This document shows, piece after piece, positions 49,337-58,869 of a stretch of DNA of 64,000 nt (position 1 is the stretch's first letter; the number at the start of each line of letters is the position of its first letter). Made by a program: the position numbers and the translations under genes. Below the pieces are notes generated by a model. It did not search any database. It was not told where the DNA came from and worked only from the letters and a program-made list of their open reading frames with translations. The stretch is from Parcubacteria group bacterium (GTDB lineage Bacteria > Patescibacteriota > Minisyncoccia > UBA6257 > Colwellbacteraceae), in NCBI GenBank assembly GCA_041649615.1, contig JBAZMT010000001.1:26981-90980 (forward strand). The letters are read 5' to 3'.

Positions 49337-50140
49337 TTAAGGATTAGGCACCTTGTCGAACTTTCGTGCTGTGGACACGCCAACCGTGTCGCTACATTTG
49401 TCGAGCCACAAAGCACTGATAGATATGCCTTCCTCGCCAGAATAGCCTATGCTGACTCGACCACCGAGCCCCGGGTCGACGTCTCTACATCGAACACGGA
49501 CGTATTCGAAGAGTCGCTCGCCAGTTGTGAGATAGTGGCCGATGATCATGTAAGTCATCGCGCGAGTAGTCGGTGTTTCTTCATTTTTTGCAAGAAGCGC
49601 CTGCTGTCCAAACCAATCTCTATAAGTTGAGCCATCCACGGGAGTTTTTCGGATAAGGCACCAGCTTGCGTCGCCTCTTTCATTTGCGAATGCTTGCCCA
49701 TTAATCCAGGCATCCGCGTGATCTTCGAAAAGTTCATGTTCTACCCTGCCGCGGATATCGAGGATTGAAAGCGGAAAAACTGAAACGAGAACGTGCGTCT
49801 TTCTGCATTCTTTGAGCGTGTCTTCGGTGAACGGAACTTCAGCAAGAACGTCGAGCTGCTCTTTCGTAGGTCTGACTCCGAATTGAGCGATTGATTCCTC
49901 GATGCCAAACATGTTGCTTCCCATGATCTCACGGGCCTGCCTTTGAGATGTGGTAGCTTCGAATCCGCAATTTTGGATCAATCTTACCACTATCTTTGTC
50001 GCAAGCTCGTTGTTCTTGGATTCAATGACTCTCTGGGCAAGATTATTCGTGAGCCCTGCTTTCTCCAGCTTAAGGAGAAGTTCGTGTTCGACGTGCACCG
50101 AAATGATGCGTCCTCTCTTTTGGCCTACCATGGGTTCCAT
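49337..50140 (-). CDS. hypothetical protein
   Basis: AAGGAGGTG SD before ATG 50140; 267 aa. Confidence 0.75.
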   Translation of the reverse strand: MEPMVGQKRGRIISVHVEHELLLKLEKAGLTNNLAQRVIESKNNELATKIVVRLIQNCGFEATTSQRQAREIMGSNMFGIEESIAQFGVRPTKEQLDVLAEVPFTEDTLKECRKTHVLVSVFPLSILDIRGRVEHELFEDHADAWINGQAFANERGDASWCLIRKTPVDGSTYRDWFGQQALLAKNEETPTTRAMTYMIIGHYLTTGERLFEYVRVRCRDVDPGLGGRVSIGYSGEEGISISALWLDKCSDTVGVSTARKFDKVPNP

Positions 50141-50329
50141 AGCACACCTCCTTGTTTTTGTTTGCCGGAAATCTATCCAGCTGGATCTATTATAAAACGA
50201 GCATTCAAAAACCAATTTGGCAGTTCTAAACACTCGTATAATATGACCAATCCCGAAATCCTATTTATTAAAGAACGCCTCCTTTTTAACAGAAACGCAT
50301 TGTTCTTTCAATAGATTTACCATTTCATC

Positions 50330-51115
50330 CTACTTCCCCGTTGAGAAGAGCAAAAGAGTTACATCGCAAGGGCACTCGGACGGCGCGTTTTCGGGATTAT
50401 TTTGATAATCAATACGAAAACGAGTGAGAATAATTTCTCCATCTTTGCGATAACCGGCTTGGCCGCCAATATGCCCGCCAGCGTCTAAATCAAGCGCTTC
50501 GCTCCAACCAAGAGCTTTTAATTTTCCGTCGTAATATCCGCTGAAGGGCGTAATAATGCTTGCGGGATTCATACCGACTGATATCGGATCGGTAAAAATA
50601 CTTGTGCCGGTGTAAGATGAATCGCCGATTAAGAAACTTTCCGTAGTGGTCGTACTCCAAGTTGCACCCGTGTAGAGCGGATAAAGGTCTGCCGAAAGCA
50701 CCGGATGAGAAATAGTGAACAACGCGCTTTCCGCGAATATGTCGTCGGTGACAGGAATTGATCCATAGGAATGAACTTCAAGTACATAATTGCCATCTGG
50801 GTACATCGGCGAAATTTCCCATTCAACCGAACCCGTATTAGGTAAATCAAAAAAGACGATAGGATCAAATTCTTGACCTTCCGTCTTTAGCGGCGGAGGC
50901 GGTATACGGCGAATGATTACCGAAATTTTGTTGTCTTTGGAAATTCCGCGGGTTTTCCAAGAAATAACGTGTTTTTCGCCACTTTGCCACGTTTCACCGC
51001 CGGCAGGCGAAGTAACGACAACTGTCGACGTATTTGGCTGCCTGAAATACCAAAAACACCAAGCGGCTGCGCCAATAACAAGAATCACTAAAAGCCAGGG
51101 CAAATATTTCTTCAT
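50330..51115 (-). CDS. membrane-anchored protein with Ig-like (VTSPAGGETW) domain
   Basis: N-terminal TM, SPxGGExW motif, C-terminal CPC. Confidence 0.75.
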   Translation of the reverse strand: MKKYLPWLLVILVIGAAAWCFWYFRQPNTSTVVVTSPAGGETWQSGEKHVISWKTRGISKDNKISVIIRRIPPPPLKTEGQEFDPIVFFDLPNTGSVEWEISPMYPDGNYVLEVHSYGSIPVTDDIFAESALFTISHPVLSADLYPLYTGATWSTTTTESFLIGDSSYTGTSIFTDPISVGMNPASIITPFSGYYDGKLKALGWSEALDLDAGGHIGGQAGYRKDGEIILTRFRIDYQNNPENAPSECPCDVTLLLFSTGK

Positions 51116-51138
51116 TGTTCTAAGTATACCTTCTTATT

Positions 51139-51167
51139 AAAAAGCCGCGAAGGATAATCGCGGCTTT
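51139..51167 (-). terminator. intrinsic terminator
   Basis: AAAGCCGCGA-aggataa-TCGCGGCTTT. Confidence 0.65.
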
Positions 51168-51288
51168 ACAAAGTTTTTATTAACGCAATTTTCTCGGAAA
51201 GCGGCTTAACAGGCCGGTCCGACGTGTCACGGAGACTCTCTCCGGTGATGCCTTGCAGAAAACGGGCAAGCTTTAGCTCCTTTCCTCG

Positions 51289-51816
51289 TCAGACGGCGAA
51301 GAGAAGTGCCTTGTCCTTAGGAACCTTCTTGAAGACGACCTTCCCTATAAGTCTTCTCTGGTTGTCTCCGAGATGCGCTTCGGCAAAGAATCTCCTGCCC
51401 CGTAACACTCTCGGGAGCCAGAATCTGTCCGCCGGCGCCATGTCAAGAAGAGGCAAAGAGTTTCTCCAAAACCACGTGGGATTTATCATCTCTTCCGAAG
51501 GTTCCGGCATTCCGTTCCATCCGCGAAGAATGAAAACGTGCACCCGCCAAACAGATTCGCTTCCGTCAAGAGCGACATTGATGAAGTCAATAATCGCCAC
51601 TTTGCGCAAGCGAGCTTCGGAAGTCGTAATCTTCCCTTCTTCGTACGGTTCTCTCACCGCCGCTTCTAAAGGCGTTTCGCCTTTTTTGATCCGGCCGCCG
51701 TATCCGTTCCAGAAACCTTGAGCAATGCGCCTCATCTTCCATGCCATGAGAACTCGGTCTTCGTAGATCGGGAAAACGAGAACTGCCTGAGTAATCTTTC
51801 TCTCCAGTTCAGACAT
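51289..51816 (-). CDS. NUDIX hydrolase (MutT/MTH1-like)
   Basis: WNGYGGRIKKGETPLEAAVREPYEEG, SEEMINPTWF, MAPADRFWLP. Confidence 0.82.
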   Translation of the reverse strand: MSELERKITQAVLVFPIYEDRVLMAWKMRRIAQGFWNGYGGRIKKGETPLEAAVREPYEEGKITTSEARLRKVAIIDFINVALDGSESVWRVHVFILRGWNGMPEPSEEMINPTWFWRNSLPLLDMAPADRFWLPRVLRGRRFFAEAHLGDNQRRLIGKVVFKKVPKDKALLFAV

Positions 51817-51949
51817 GAGCGTTTACCTCCTTTCGCACCAGATTTTTAATTTTCAAAAACCGTACGAACAGACTATACCTTAAAACCGGAAAAGTAAAAT
51901 GTTATCAACAGTTATCCGCCATATTCAGTTGTTATAATGAGAATAACAA

Positions 51950-52375
51950 ATGAAAAGAAATTCTCTTCCTCCAAAAAGAAAAACTTTTATATTGATGTTC
52001 GTTTTGGTCGCCGCGGCAATCGTTTTAGTCACAACGGTCGTGTTCATGACAACGGATATTTACGTGAACAGAGCTTATCTCGCCAAAAAGGATTTTTGCA
52101 GCGCTTTTAAGGCGAGACTTACGGGCAATTGCGACATGTTCAATAAATACATTCTGAAAGACACCGAGGGATGGAAATCAAAATGCGCGGCGGAGAAAAG
52201 TTTGACAACCGAACCTTTTTACGGATTCAGGATTTTAAACGTTACGGCTAACGGGGAGGACGCTTTCGTTCAAGTGGAACTTAAGAGAGGGGTGAGAAAA
52301 GAAACTTATCCCGTAACGTACGAAATGAGGCTCGTGGACGGCGTCTGGAAAATAAACCAGTCCGCCAACAATTAG
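51950..52375 (+). CDS. membrane-anchored hypothetical protein (NTF2-like C-terminus)
   Basis: TM helix; ends MRLVDGVWKI. Confidence 0.7.
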   Translation: MKRNSLPPKRKTFILMFVLVAAAIVLVTTVVFMTTDIYVNRAYLAKKDFCSAFKARLTGNCDMFNKYILKDTEGWKSKCAAEKSLTTEPFYGFRILNVTANGEDAFVQVELKRGVRKETYPVTYEMRLVDGVWKINQSANN

Positions 52376-52812
52376 GATTCTTTTTCTTCGCAGGAAACGG
52401 AATTAATCAGCCAGCGATTGTTTTCTGATATGAGTTTGACGCGCGCTTGCAGGGAAGAAGCCGGATTATTCCAGATGACGGTCGCTTTGTCGGCTTTTAT
52501 TATCGCGGGACTCACCGTGAAGTTCGCCGGAAACGATTCCGAACAAGTAACGGGATTCAGTTCTCCCGAGTAACCGATTAGAGAATCATTGAATTCATCC
52601 GTTAAATCCGTCTTAAAGGTATGGAAGCCTTCCGAGAACGGATCTTTTTCTTTTTTCCACTTTACGTAGAAAGAAGAAACGATTTCTTCTGGAGTCAGGT
52701 TTTCTTTTTCTTTAATTTTGTCTGACGCGTTTTTCGCGACTATGGAACACCCAACAATCGTGCCGACTCCGAACAAGATGATTATGATAGACAGTCTTTT
52801 AATCGTATCCAC
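52372..52812 (-). CDS. exported hypothetical protein (DUF3828-like)
   Basis: TM helix, PEEIVSSFY, NPVTCS, WLINSVSC. Confidence 0.7.
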   Translation of the reverse strand: MDTIKRLSIIIILFGVGTIVGCSIVAKNASDKIKEKENLTPEEIVSSFYVKWKKEKDPFSEGFHTFKTDLTDEFNDSLIGYSGELNPVTCSESFPANFTVSPAIIKADKATVIWNNPASSLQARVKLISENNRWLINSVSCEEKES

Positions 52813-52830
52813 CGTTAAAGAAATTATAAC

Positions 52831-52860
52831 AAAAAATGCCTCAATAATGAGGCATTTTTT
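52831..52860 (-). terminator. terminator after rnpB
   Basis: AAAAAATGCCTCA-ataa-TGAGGCATTTTT. Confidence 0.75.
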
Positions 52861-53371
52861 GTGCGGCCGGGTAAGCCGGATTCTGTAATCACCTCTCCAG
52901 TTTTACGTCTGTAAAACTGGAGAGGGATGATGGCAATTTATCTAGGTCTAAGATTACTCTTAGACTCAAGCGACTCCCTATGACCCGCTTTTGCTCTTGC
53001 GAGCTATAGCGAGGCATAGTACGGTCTTGCATTCCACAAGGATTTAGCCGTTTCACTTCCGTTTTTTGTCCCTATCACGGAATTAAGCCTTCTACGTTGG
53101 GATGGGGCTCTCCTCAGCTTTTCAGCTCGATATTTCTATCGGCTCGCTTTTGCGCTTGCGCGCTATAGCGTAGCGAAGACGTCACTGCTCGCACCTCTCT
53201 TATCAAATAAATTGGTAAGGACGGCTTTTAACCGCTGTGTTTTTCCCCTCTCCAGTTTTCGTAAAAACTGAGGAGGGAGAAAGTCCAGACTTTCCTCATC
53301 TCATTTCTTAATACTGATTCCCGCTTTCGTGGAAATAACAGAGAGAAACAAAACGCTGCCATCCGGGCCGC
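52861..53371 (-). ncRNA. rnpB: RNase P RNA
   Basis: GAGGAAAGTC (CR I) and ACAGAATCCGGCTTA (CR V); P1 GCGGCC/GGCCGC; TTGACG-N17-TATAAA promoter. Confidence 0.9.
53314..53339 (+). repeat. degenerate dRS3-like repeat, copy 3 (inside rnpB)
   Basis: GATTCCC-gctttcgt-GGAAATAAC. Confidence 0.65.
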
Positions 53372-53410
53372 AATTGTTTATAACATAAAAATGCAACAAC
53401 GTCAATCAAC

Positions 53411-53437
53411 CTGAATTCCCGCCTGCGCGGGAATGAC
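53411..53437 (+). repeat. dRS3-like repeat, copy 4
   Basis: CTGAATTCCC-gcctgcgc-GGGAATGAC. Confidence 0.85.
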
Positions 53438-53476
53438 AGAAAAAGGAAAGAATAAATGTGGTAAAATGGGAAAAAT

Positions 53477-54151
53477 ATGAAAAATAAACTGATAATAGCG
53501 GGACTGGTCGCTTTAGTGGCAACGGCGTCAACGCTTATCTTTTTTGCCGCTAAGACCGAATCAAGTAAAAAGACCGCCGAACCGGAAGAGATAGTAATCA
53601 GCGAAACCGTTCCTTCCGAGGGAATAACGAATGAAGAAACAAATACAAACCAATCAACAAACAAAGTGGAAAATTTTAAACATATCGTAACGCTTGAGAC
53701 ATCTTTGGGAACCATAAAAATAGAAACTTATGACGCTGACGCGCCGAAAACCGTAGAAAACTTTTTGAAGCTCGCGAGCGATGGATTTTATAACGGTGTG
53801 ATGTTTCATCGCGTCATAGACGGATTCATGATCCAAGGCGGAGATCCGACCGGAACGGGCTTTGGAGGTCCCGGATACACGTTCGCGGACGAACTTAATC
53901 CGAAAACGGAGTCATACAAAAACGATTATAAGAAGGGCGTAGTCGCCATGGCGAATTCGGGACCGAATACCAACGGCAGTCAGTTCTTCATAGTGGTTGC
54001 CGATTATCCTTTGCCGCATAATTACACGATTTTTGGAAGGGTCATTGAGGGACAAGATGTGGCGGATAAGATTGCGAAAGTAAAAAGAGATTCAGCCGAT
54101 AAACCGTTAGAAGACGTAGTGATCAGAAAAGCAACCGTAACGGAAAAATGA
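53477..54151 (+). CDS. cyclophilin-type peptidyl-prolyl isomerase, membrane-anchored
   Basis: FHRVIDGFMIQGGDP, AMANSGPNTNGSQFFI. Confidence 0.95.
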   Translation: MKNKLIIAGLVALVATASTLIFFAAKTESSKKTAEPEEIVISETVPSEGITNEETNTNQSTNKVENFKHIVTLETSLGTIKIETYDADAPKTVENFLKLASDGFYNGVMFHRVIDGFMIQGGDPTGTGFGGPGYTFADELNPKTESYKNDYKKGVVAMANSGPNTNGSQFFIVVADYPLPHNYTIFGRVIEGQDVADKIAKVKRDSADKPLEDVVIRKATVTEK

Positions 54152-54157
54152 GCAAAA

Positions 54158-54224
54158 GAAAAACCCGCATCAATAAGATACGGGTTTTAAGGAAAGGAGT
54201 GGGGCAAAAATGTTTTAAGCTTCA
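54158..54224 (-). ncRNA. putative small RNA A
   Basis: TTGACA-N17-TATAAC promoter (54259-54231), about 65 nt without ORF, terminator 54158-54188. Confidence 0.45.
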
Positions 54225-54268
54225 ATCTTCGTTATAGCATAGATAAACCGATTTGTCAATAGCAGGCT

Positions 54269-55096
54269 TTATTTCCAGGGGAGCTTTAAAGGATTTGAGG
54301 CATCAATCACAAAGCTAGCGGCCGCTTTATGCCCTCCTCCGCCGTATTTAAGGGCGATTCGCGATACGTCCACTTTGCCGTTTGAACGCAAAGAAACTTT
54401 GAGCTTATCCCCTTTTTTACACCAAACGATACCGATGCCTTTGGCTTTAGTTGCGAGAACGTGCCCGATCTCTGAAACAAATACAGGAGAATTCACGGCA
54501 AGACATTTTCGGCCGGCAAATTTGACCCATTCGGCCGTAGAAGAAAGAGTTTCTATGTTCTGTTTGGAAAAGCTAAGAATGGAAGAGCCTTTATTAAAGA
54601 ATTCTTTTCTTTTGTCCGGATTTTCAAAATCTTTTATTAGTTTGTCCCAAGTCTTGAGGTCAAAAGGTAAAGTATCCAAATAAGCCAGATATTCTCTCGT
54701 ACCTTTGAGAGCAAACTTCCAGGTGTCGTTATCCTGAATGTGAAGCAATAGTTTTGGAGCGCTCTTTTTGGGGAAGAAATATTTCCAGGCAAGAATGGCG
54801 CCGGAATTAGTTTCTCCAAAAACGTATTCCGTTGAGACCTTAACCGCCTCGCGCTGGCTCACGTGATGATCCAAAACGACAACTTTTGCGGCTGATTTTA
54901 AAACCGATTTCATTTTATCCTCGGAATAACAATAATCAACCATATACACTTCTCTGCCTTTTAAATCTTTAGGGGGCGAAGAAGGATGCGCGGCGGCGAG
55001 ATATTCGGCTTTGGCGCCGAATTTTTTGCGGGCTGCCCAAGCGGCGCCGAAACCATCGGGGCAATTTTTGTGGTAAATGACGAGGATCTTTTTCAT
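54269..55096 (-). CDS. DHH/DHHA1 family phosphoesterase
   Basis: HKNCPDG, LDHH, SLRS, GGGGHKAAA. Confidence 0.9.
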   Translation of the reverse strand: MKKILVIYHKNCPDGFGAAWAARKKFGAKAEYLAAAHPSSPPKDLKGREVYMVDYCYSEDKMKSVLKSAAKVVVLDHHVSQREAVKVSTEYVFGETNSGAILAWKYFFPKKSAPKLLLHIQDNDTWKFALKGTREYLAYLDTLPFDLKTWDKLIKDFENPDKRKEFFNKGSSILSFSKQNIETLSSTAEWVKFAGRKCLAVNSPVFVSEIGHVLATKAKGIGIVWCKKGDKLKVSLRSNGKVDVSRIALKYGGGGHKAAASFVIDASNPLKLPWK

Positions 55097-56151
55097 CTAT
55101 ATTTGATTCCCAGGGCTTCAAGAGCGGGAAGTTTTTTGCCTGCGAGAAATTCTAGCATCGCTCCGCCTCCGGTTGAAAGAAAAGAAAATTTCCTTTCCAG
55201 ACCGAAGGAAATAATGGCCGAGGTGGTTTCCCCACCTCCCACAACCGAAAAACAATCCGTCTTTGCTATCGCCTCCGCCACCGTTTCCGTTCCATGACTG
55301 AAAGCTTTGCGTTCAAACATGCCGAGCGGCCCCGCCCAAACAACGGTTTTGGAAGAGCGTACAATTTCCGCAAATTTTTTGGCCGTGTTCGGCCCGATGT
55401 CTAAGATATTCTTCTTAGAAGTTCGGAAATCAAAAGGATACAAGACTTTGGGATTTTTAATCAGTTTCTTCGCTTCCGGAATAAGCGATTTTTCAAAAAG
55501 AGAATTCATCACATCATAACCGGCAGCCTTGAGAGCGGTATTCCCCACTCCCCCTCCCAAGAGAACGTAATCCGCTTTAGCGAGAAGATTTTTGATGACG
55601 GGCAGCTTGCTTTTCATTTTTCCGCCGCCGACAATCAAGGTAAAAGGATGCGCCGGATGAGCCATTATTTTTTTAAGGGCCACTAGTTCGGTTTTCATTA
55701 TCGGGCCTTCAAGGCTCGTTAAAAATTCGGTGATGCCCACGTTTGAGGCTTGCGTCCGGTGAGCGGTCGCGAAATCGTCATTTATAAAAACGTCGCCGAA
55801 AGAGGCAAACGTTCTCGCGAGTGCGGAACTGTTTTTCATCTCTCCGGAAAAGAATCTAGTGTTTTCCAGAGCGAAAATACCTTTTTTTACAAGCACGCGC
55901 TCCAGGTGCTTTTCGGGAGAGCCTTCCAGGAAAGATATTCTCCGGCGGGATTTTTCGGAGAGCTCCTTAATAATCGGTTTTAGACTCAAGGAACCATCAA
56001 CTCCGTTCGGTCTTCCCCGGTGACTCAAGATGACGATTCGTCCGAATTTGGGAGACAGATTTTTTACGGACTCCACCGCTCTTTTCATTCGCAGAGAAGA
56101 AGAAACATCGTGAGCGTCAATATCAAGATTTAAACGGACAACCGCGTTCAT
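55093..56151 (-). CDS. pgk: phosphoglycerate kinase (short, divergent)
   Basis: SHRGRP, LENTRF, NDDFATAHR, GGGK, DIGP, STGGGAMLEFL. Confidence 0.9.
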   Translation of the reverse strand: MNAVVRLNLDIDAHDVSSSLRMKRAVESVKNLSPKFGRIVILSHRGRPNGVDGSLSLKPIIKELSEKSRRRISFLEGSPEKHLERVLVKKGIFALENTRFFSGEMKNSSALARTFASFGDVFINDDFATAHRTQASNVGITEFLTSLEGPIMKTELVALKKIMAHPAHPFTLIVGGGKMKSKLPVIKNLLAKADYVLLGGGVGNTALKAAGYDVMNSLFEKSLIPEAKKLIKNPKVLYPFDFRTSKKNILDIGPNTAKKFAEIVRSSKTVVWAGPLGMFERKAFSHGTETVAEAIAKTDCFSVVGGGETTSAIISFGLERKFSFLSTGGGAMLEFLAGKKLPALEALGIKYR

Positions 56152-56215
56152 ATTTCCTTACTATAGTAAAGAAATCTCAAAACTCAAAACTCATCAGCCT
56201 CTAATCTTTTAAACT

Positions 56216-56313
56216 AAAACCCCCTCCGCCAATGGCGGAGGGGGAAAGGTCTCGGGGCAAAGTAATCCTCGGAGTTGAACTTGCGTTCGTCCCTCGGAGA
56301 TAACTTCACTCGC
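56216..56313 (-). ncRNA. putative small RNA B or pgk leader
   Basis: TTGACT-N17-TACAAT promoter (56348-56320); about 95 nt ending in CCCCTCCGCC-att-GGCGGAGGGG-TTTT. Confidence 0.45.
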
Positions 56314-56353
56314 AGGCGTATTGTAGCAGATTATCTCTTAAAAGTCAATGCTT

Positions 56354-57976
56354 TTAATTTTCCGGAGTGGCAGAAACAGAATTCTTTTGTCCTTTTTCTT
56401 CCTTCCGTTCTTTTTTTCTCATAACAACAAGGTAAACGATGGTGATGAGCATAAGAATAAAGAGAAGCAAGAAGAGCCAGCTGCCGGTGATTGATTCGGC
56501 GAAGCTAGAAAGAGAGGCGAGGAAATTAAATCGGCTACCACCGACAGTTACGGCAATGTAGGAATTAACCGTCTGTGCTCTTTTGGCCGCATCGGTGAAA
56601 TCAAGAGAAGAATTAAAGACGAGGTTCTGACCCTTGTCGGCGTCATCGTGTATTTTCACTTTGACGATAATGATTCCCTGACTGCCCTTTTCAACGTCTC
56701 CGATCGTGAAGGTCAAGTTATTGGCCATCCACGAGGTCGGTTTAACGTTCGCGTCCACGTATTCCGTTCCGTATGGAAGAAGGACTTTTATAACGGAACT
56801 GGTGATTTTTCCGTTTGAAGCGTTCCTATAGGTGAGAACGTAATCAATCGTGTCGCCCGCTTTGGGATCAAGATCGCTTACCGAAGGATCAAGCAAGACG
56901 CCTGAATCGTTCGTTACGACAATCGGCGGATTAACGATTATGCTGCCGCTAGCAGTTTTAAAGTATCTTATTTCACCGTAATTCGTGCCGTAGGAATTTT
57001 CCGCAACCGCGCGATAGTAATAAGTAACATTCGCGGCCAAATTGGAAACGTTAATGTAGTAGTCGTTTTGTGAAGCATAAGAAGGAACGGACACGCTTGA
57101 GGATCTGATGTAGAGATCGCTTGAAGTGGGACCGTACTCAAACCACATGGTCGCGGCAGAGCCGTTAGCGCTTACTCTTCCCTGAAGAGTAGCGGAATTT
57201 TGAAGAACGTTAGAGTGCCAAACGGTCGTTACTTGAGGAGCGTTGTAGTAAGTGGGAGGAACATAACCTCCGGAAGTATTGAAGCTCCGAGTGGAACTGT
57301 AGTCCGTGCCGTACGAATTGCGGGCAATCAACCGGTAATAGTAAGTAGTGTCTTCGTTCAAACTGTAAACCGAAGCGGAAACATTGGTGTTTCCATAATA
57401 GCTTCCGAGAGACCGAGTGCTCGTTCTCTGCGACAAATTGCCGCTTCGAGTACCGTATTCAAACCAGTATTCGGTTGAGGAACCGTTCGGGCTAACATAG
57501 CCTTCCAAAGAAGCCGAATTACGAGTGATGCTATAGGCGGAAGAAATTGAAACTTCAGGAGCACTGCCAACGGGACCCGGGGGGTTGTAACCGCCGGAAG
57601 TGGTAAAGGTTTTATCTTGACCATACTGAATTTCTCCTTGGCTGTTTTTGGCCACTACGTGAAACCTATAAGTAGTTCCCGTTTCAAGTCCGGAGATCGT
57701 TTTTGAAACAGCCGTATATCCGCTTCCGGATCCGATGGAAGAAGAGCTTGTTAACACATCAAACATGCTGGAACCGGAGGTAGTGTATTCAAACCAATAT
57801 TCGGTTGAAACGCCGTTAGGATTGACCTTTCCATTTAAGGTAACAGAACTTTGGGAAACATTTGTCGCATCGCTTGAAATAGCCGAAGGAGCGGAAGCCA
57901 AGGCTATGGCCGGGATAAGCGACGGTAAAACAGCGGTTATAGCCGCAATGGGTAATATTTTTCTAAACATAGTCAT
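56354..57976 (-). CDS. surface protein with three FN3-like repeats, DUF11-like domain and C-terminal TM anchor
   Basis: Three repeats S[AV][TS]LxGxVxxNG...WFEY...Y[YR]xx[VI]AxNS; GDTIDYVLTYRN; C-terminal TM helix. Confidence 0.82.
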   Translation of the reverse strand: MTMFRKILPIAAITAVLPSLIPAIALASAPSAISSDATNVSQSSVTLNGKVNPNGVSTEYWFEYTTSGSSMFDVLTSSSSIGSGSGYTAVSKTISGLETGTTYRFHVVAKNSQGEIQYGQDKTFTTSGGYNPPGPVGSAPEVSISSAYSITRNSASLEGYVSPNGSSTEYWFEYGTRSGNLSQRTSTRSLGSYYGNTNVSASVYSLNEDTTYYYRLIARNSYGTDYSSTRSFNTSGGYVPPTYYNAPQVTTVWHSNVLQNSATLQGRVSANGSAATMWFEYGPTSSDLYIRSSSVSVPSYASQNDYYINVSNLAANVTYYYRAVAENSYGTNYGEIRYFKTASGSIIVNPPIVVTNDSGVLLDPSVSDLDPKAGDTIDYVLTYRNASNGKITSSVIKVLLPYGTEYVDANVKPTSWMANNLTFTIGDVEKGSQGIIIVKVKIHDDADKGQNLVFNSSLDFTDAAKRAQTVNSYIAVTVGGSRFNFLASLSSFAESITGSWLFLLLFILMLITIVYLVVMRKKERKEEKGQKNSVSATPEN

Positions 57977-58111
57977 AAGGCGGAGCTTATCATAATTACT
58001 TAATTCTGTCAAGCCTCTCTTCGGGAGAGCTTCACCGCCGCATTATAGGGATTTTTGAATAAAAAAAGAACCCTCATCCGCTAAGATTTGGGTTCGTTCT
58101 GATAAGGAGGA

Positions 58112-58744
58112 TTAATTGCTCGGGGTCCATGTTTTGGTGGTCCCCGTGATGACCGTTCCGTCCAGCAATTTTATCATGGGCTGGATGGTGGTTTTTGAGC
58201 AAGGTTTTTCTATCCTTTGCTCAATCCTATGATTTCCTTGATAGACGCGCCAGGGTTCGCTTCTGCCGTTCAATTTGAACGACCACTGCGCAACTTCCGA
58301 CGTATCTCCCGTCAGGGCAAAAGTCATGATGAGGAAGGTTTCTCCGTCCACCGTTTCCTCTCGAATTGGCGGATCAAGATAGATACTAAGCTCCTCGGAA
58401 GGCACTTTTGTCTTTTGGGGTGTCTTTGTAGGCGCAGGTGTAGGTGTCTTGGTCTTGACTGGTCCCTTTGTTTTAACGGGTTTTTGCGTCTTCTTAGGCG
58501 CTTCCGTTTTGGCAGGGCACCCAGTTTTAACGCATATGCACGTCTCAACGGGTGAGTAAGCGTTCTCTACCTCGACATCTCTGTGCTCCGCAGGCCTTTG
58601 AAAAAATACTCCCCAAACGATCAGGCCGATTATGGCTAAACCGAGTACTACAATAGCCACGAATATTGCGATAATCCAGCCTTTTTGGTCGTCTCTTGGA
58701 GTTTCCTCATCTGGATCTGGGGGAACAATGGGCGGTCTCGGCAT
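58112..58744 (-). CDS. membrane protein with Pro/Lys/Thr-rich linker
   Basis: TTGACA-N17-TAAAAT promoter, AAAGGAGGT SD, TM helix, KT-rich repeats. Confidence 0.7.
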   Translation of the reverse strand: MPRPPIVPPDPDEETPRDDQKGWIIAIFVAIVVLGLAIIGLIVWGVFFQRPAEHRDVEVENAYSPVETCICVKTGCPAKTEAPKKTQKPVKTKGPVKTKTPTPAPTKTPQKTKVPSEELSIYLDPPIREETVDGETFLIMTFALTGDTSEVAQWSFKLNGRSEPWRVYQGNHRIEQRIEKPCSKTTIQPMIKLLDGTVITGTTKTWTPSN

Positions 58745-58869
58745 TTCAGGTACCTCCTTTTCTAAAATTTTTATTGTCCAGCTTTCATTTTATCATAAAA
58801 GAACGATTTTGTCAATCTTCCTCCGCTGAAGCTAAGAAAGGATACAGCATAGGGATGATAACAAAAAAC

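Noticed and set aside
51170-51288. SD-led micro-ORF downstream of the NUDIX gene
   Set aside because: Only 13 codons from a TTG start, with no other support
31892-51910. Replication origin from DnaA-like boxes (31892, 40882, 51902)
   Set aside because: Single scattered boxes with no cluster and no dnaA/dnaN nearby
53308-53715. 135-aa minus-strand ORF
   Set aside because: Shadow of the cyclophilin gene, repeats and the rnpB 5' end
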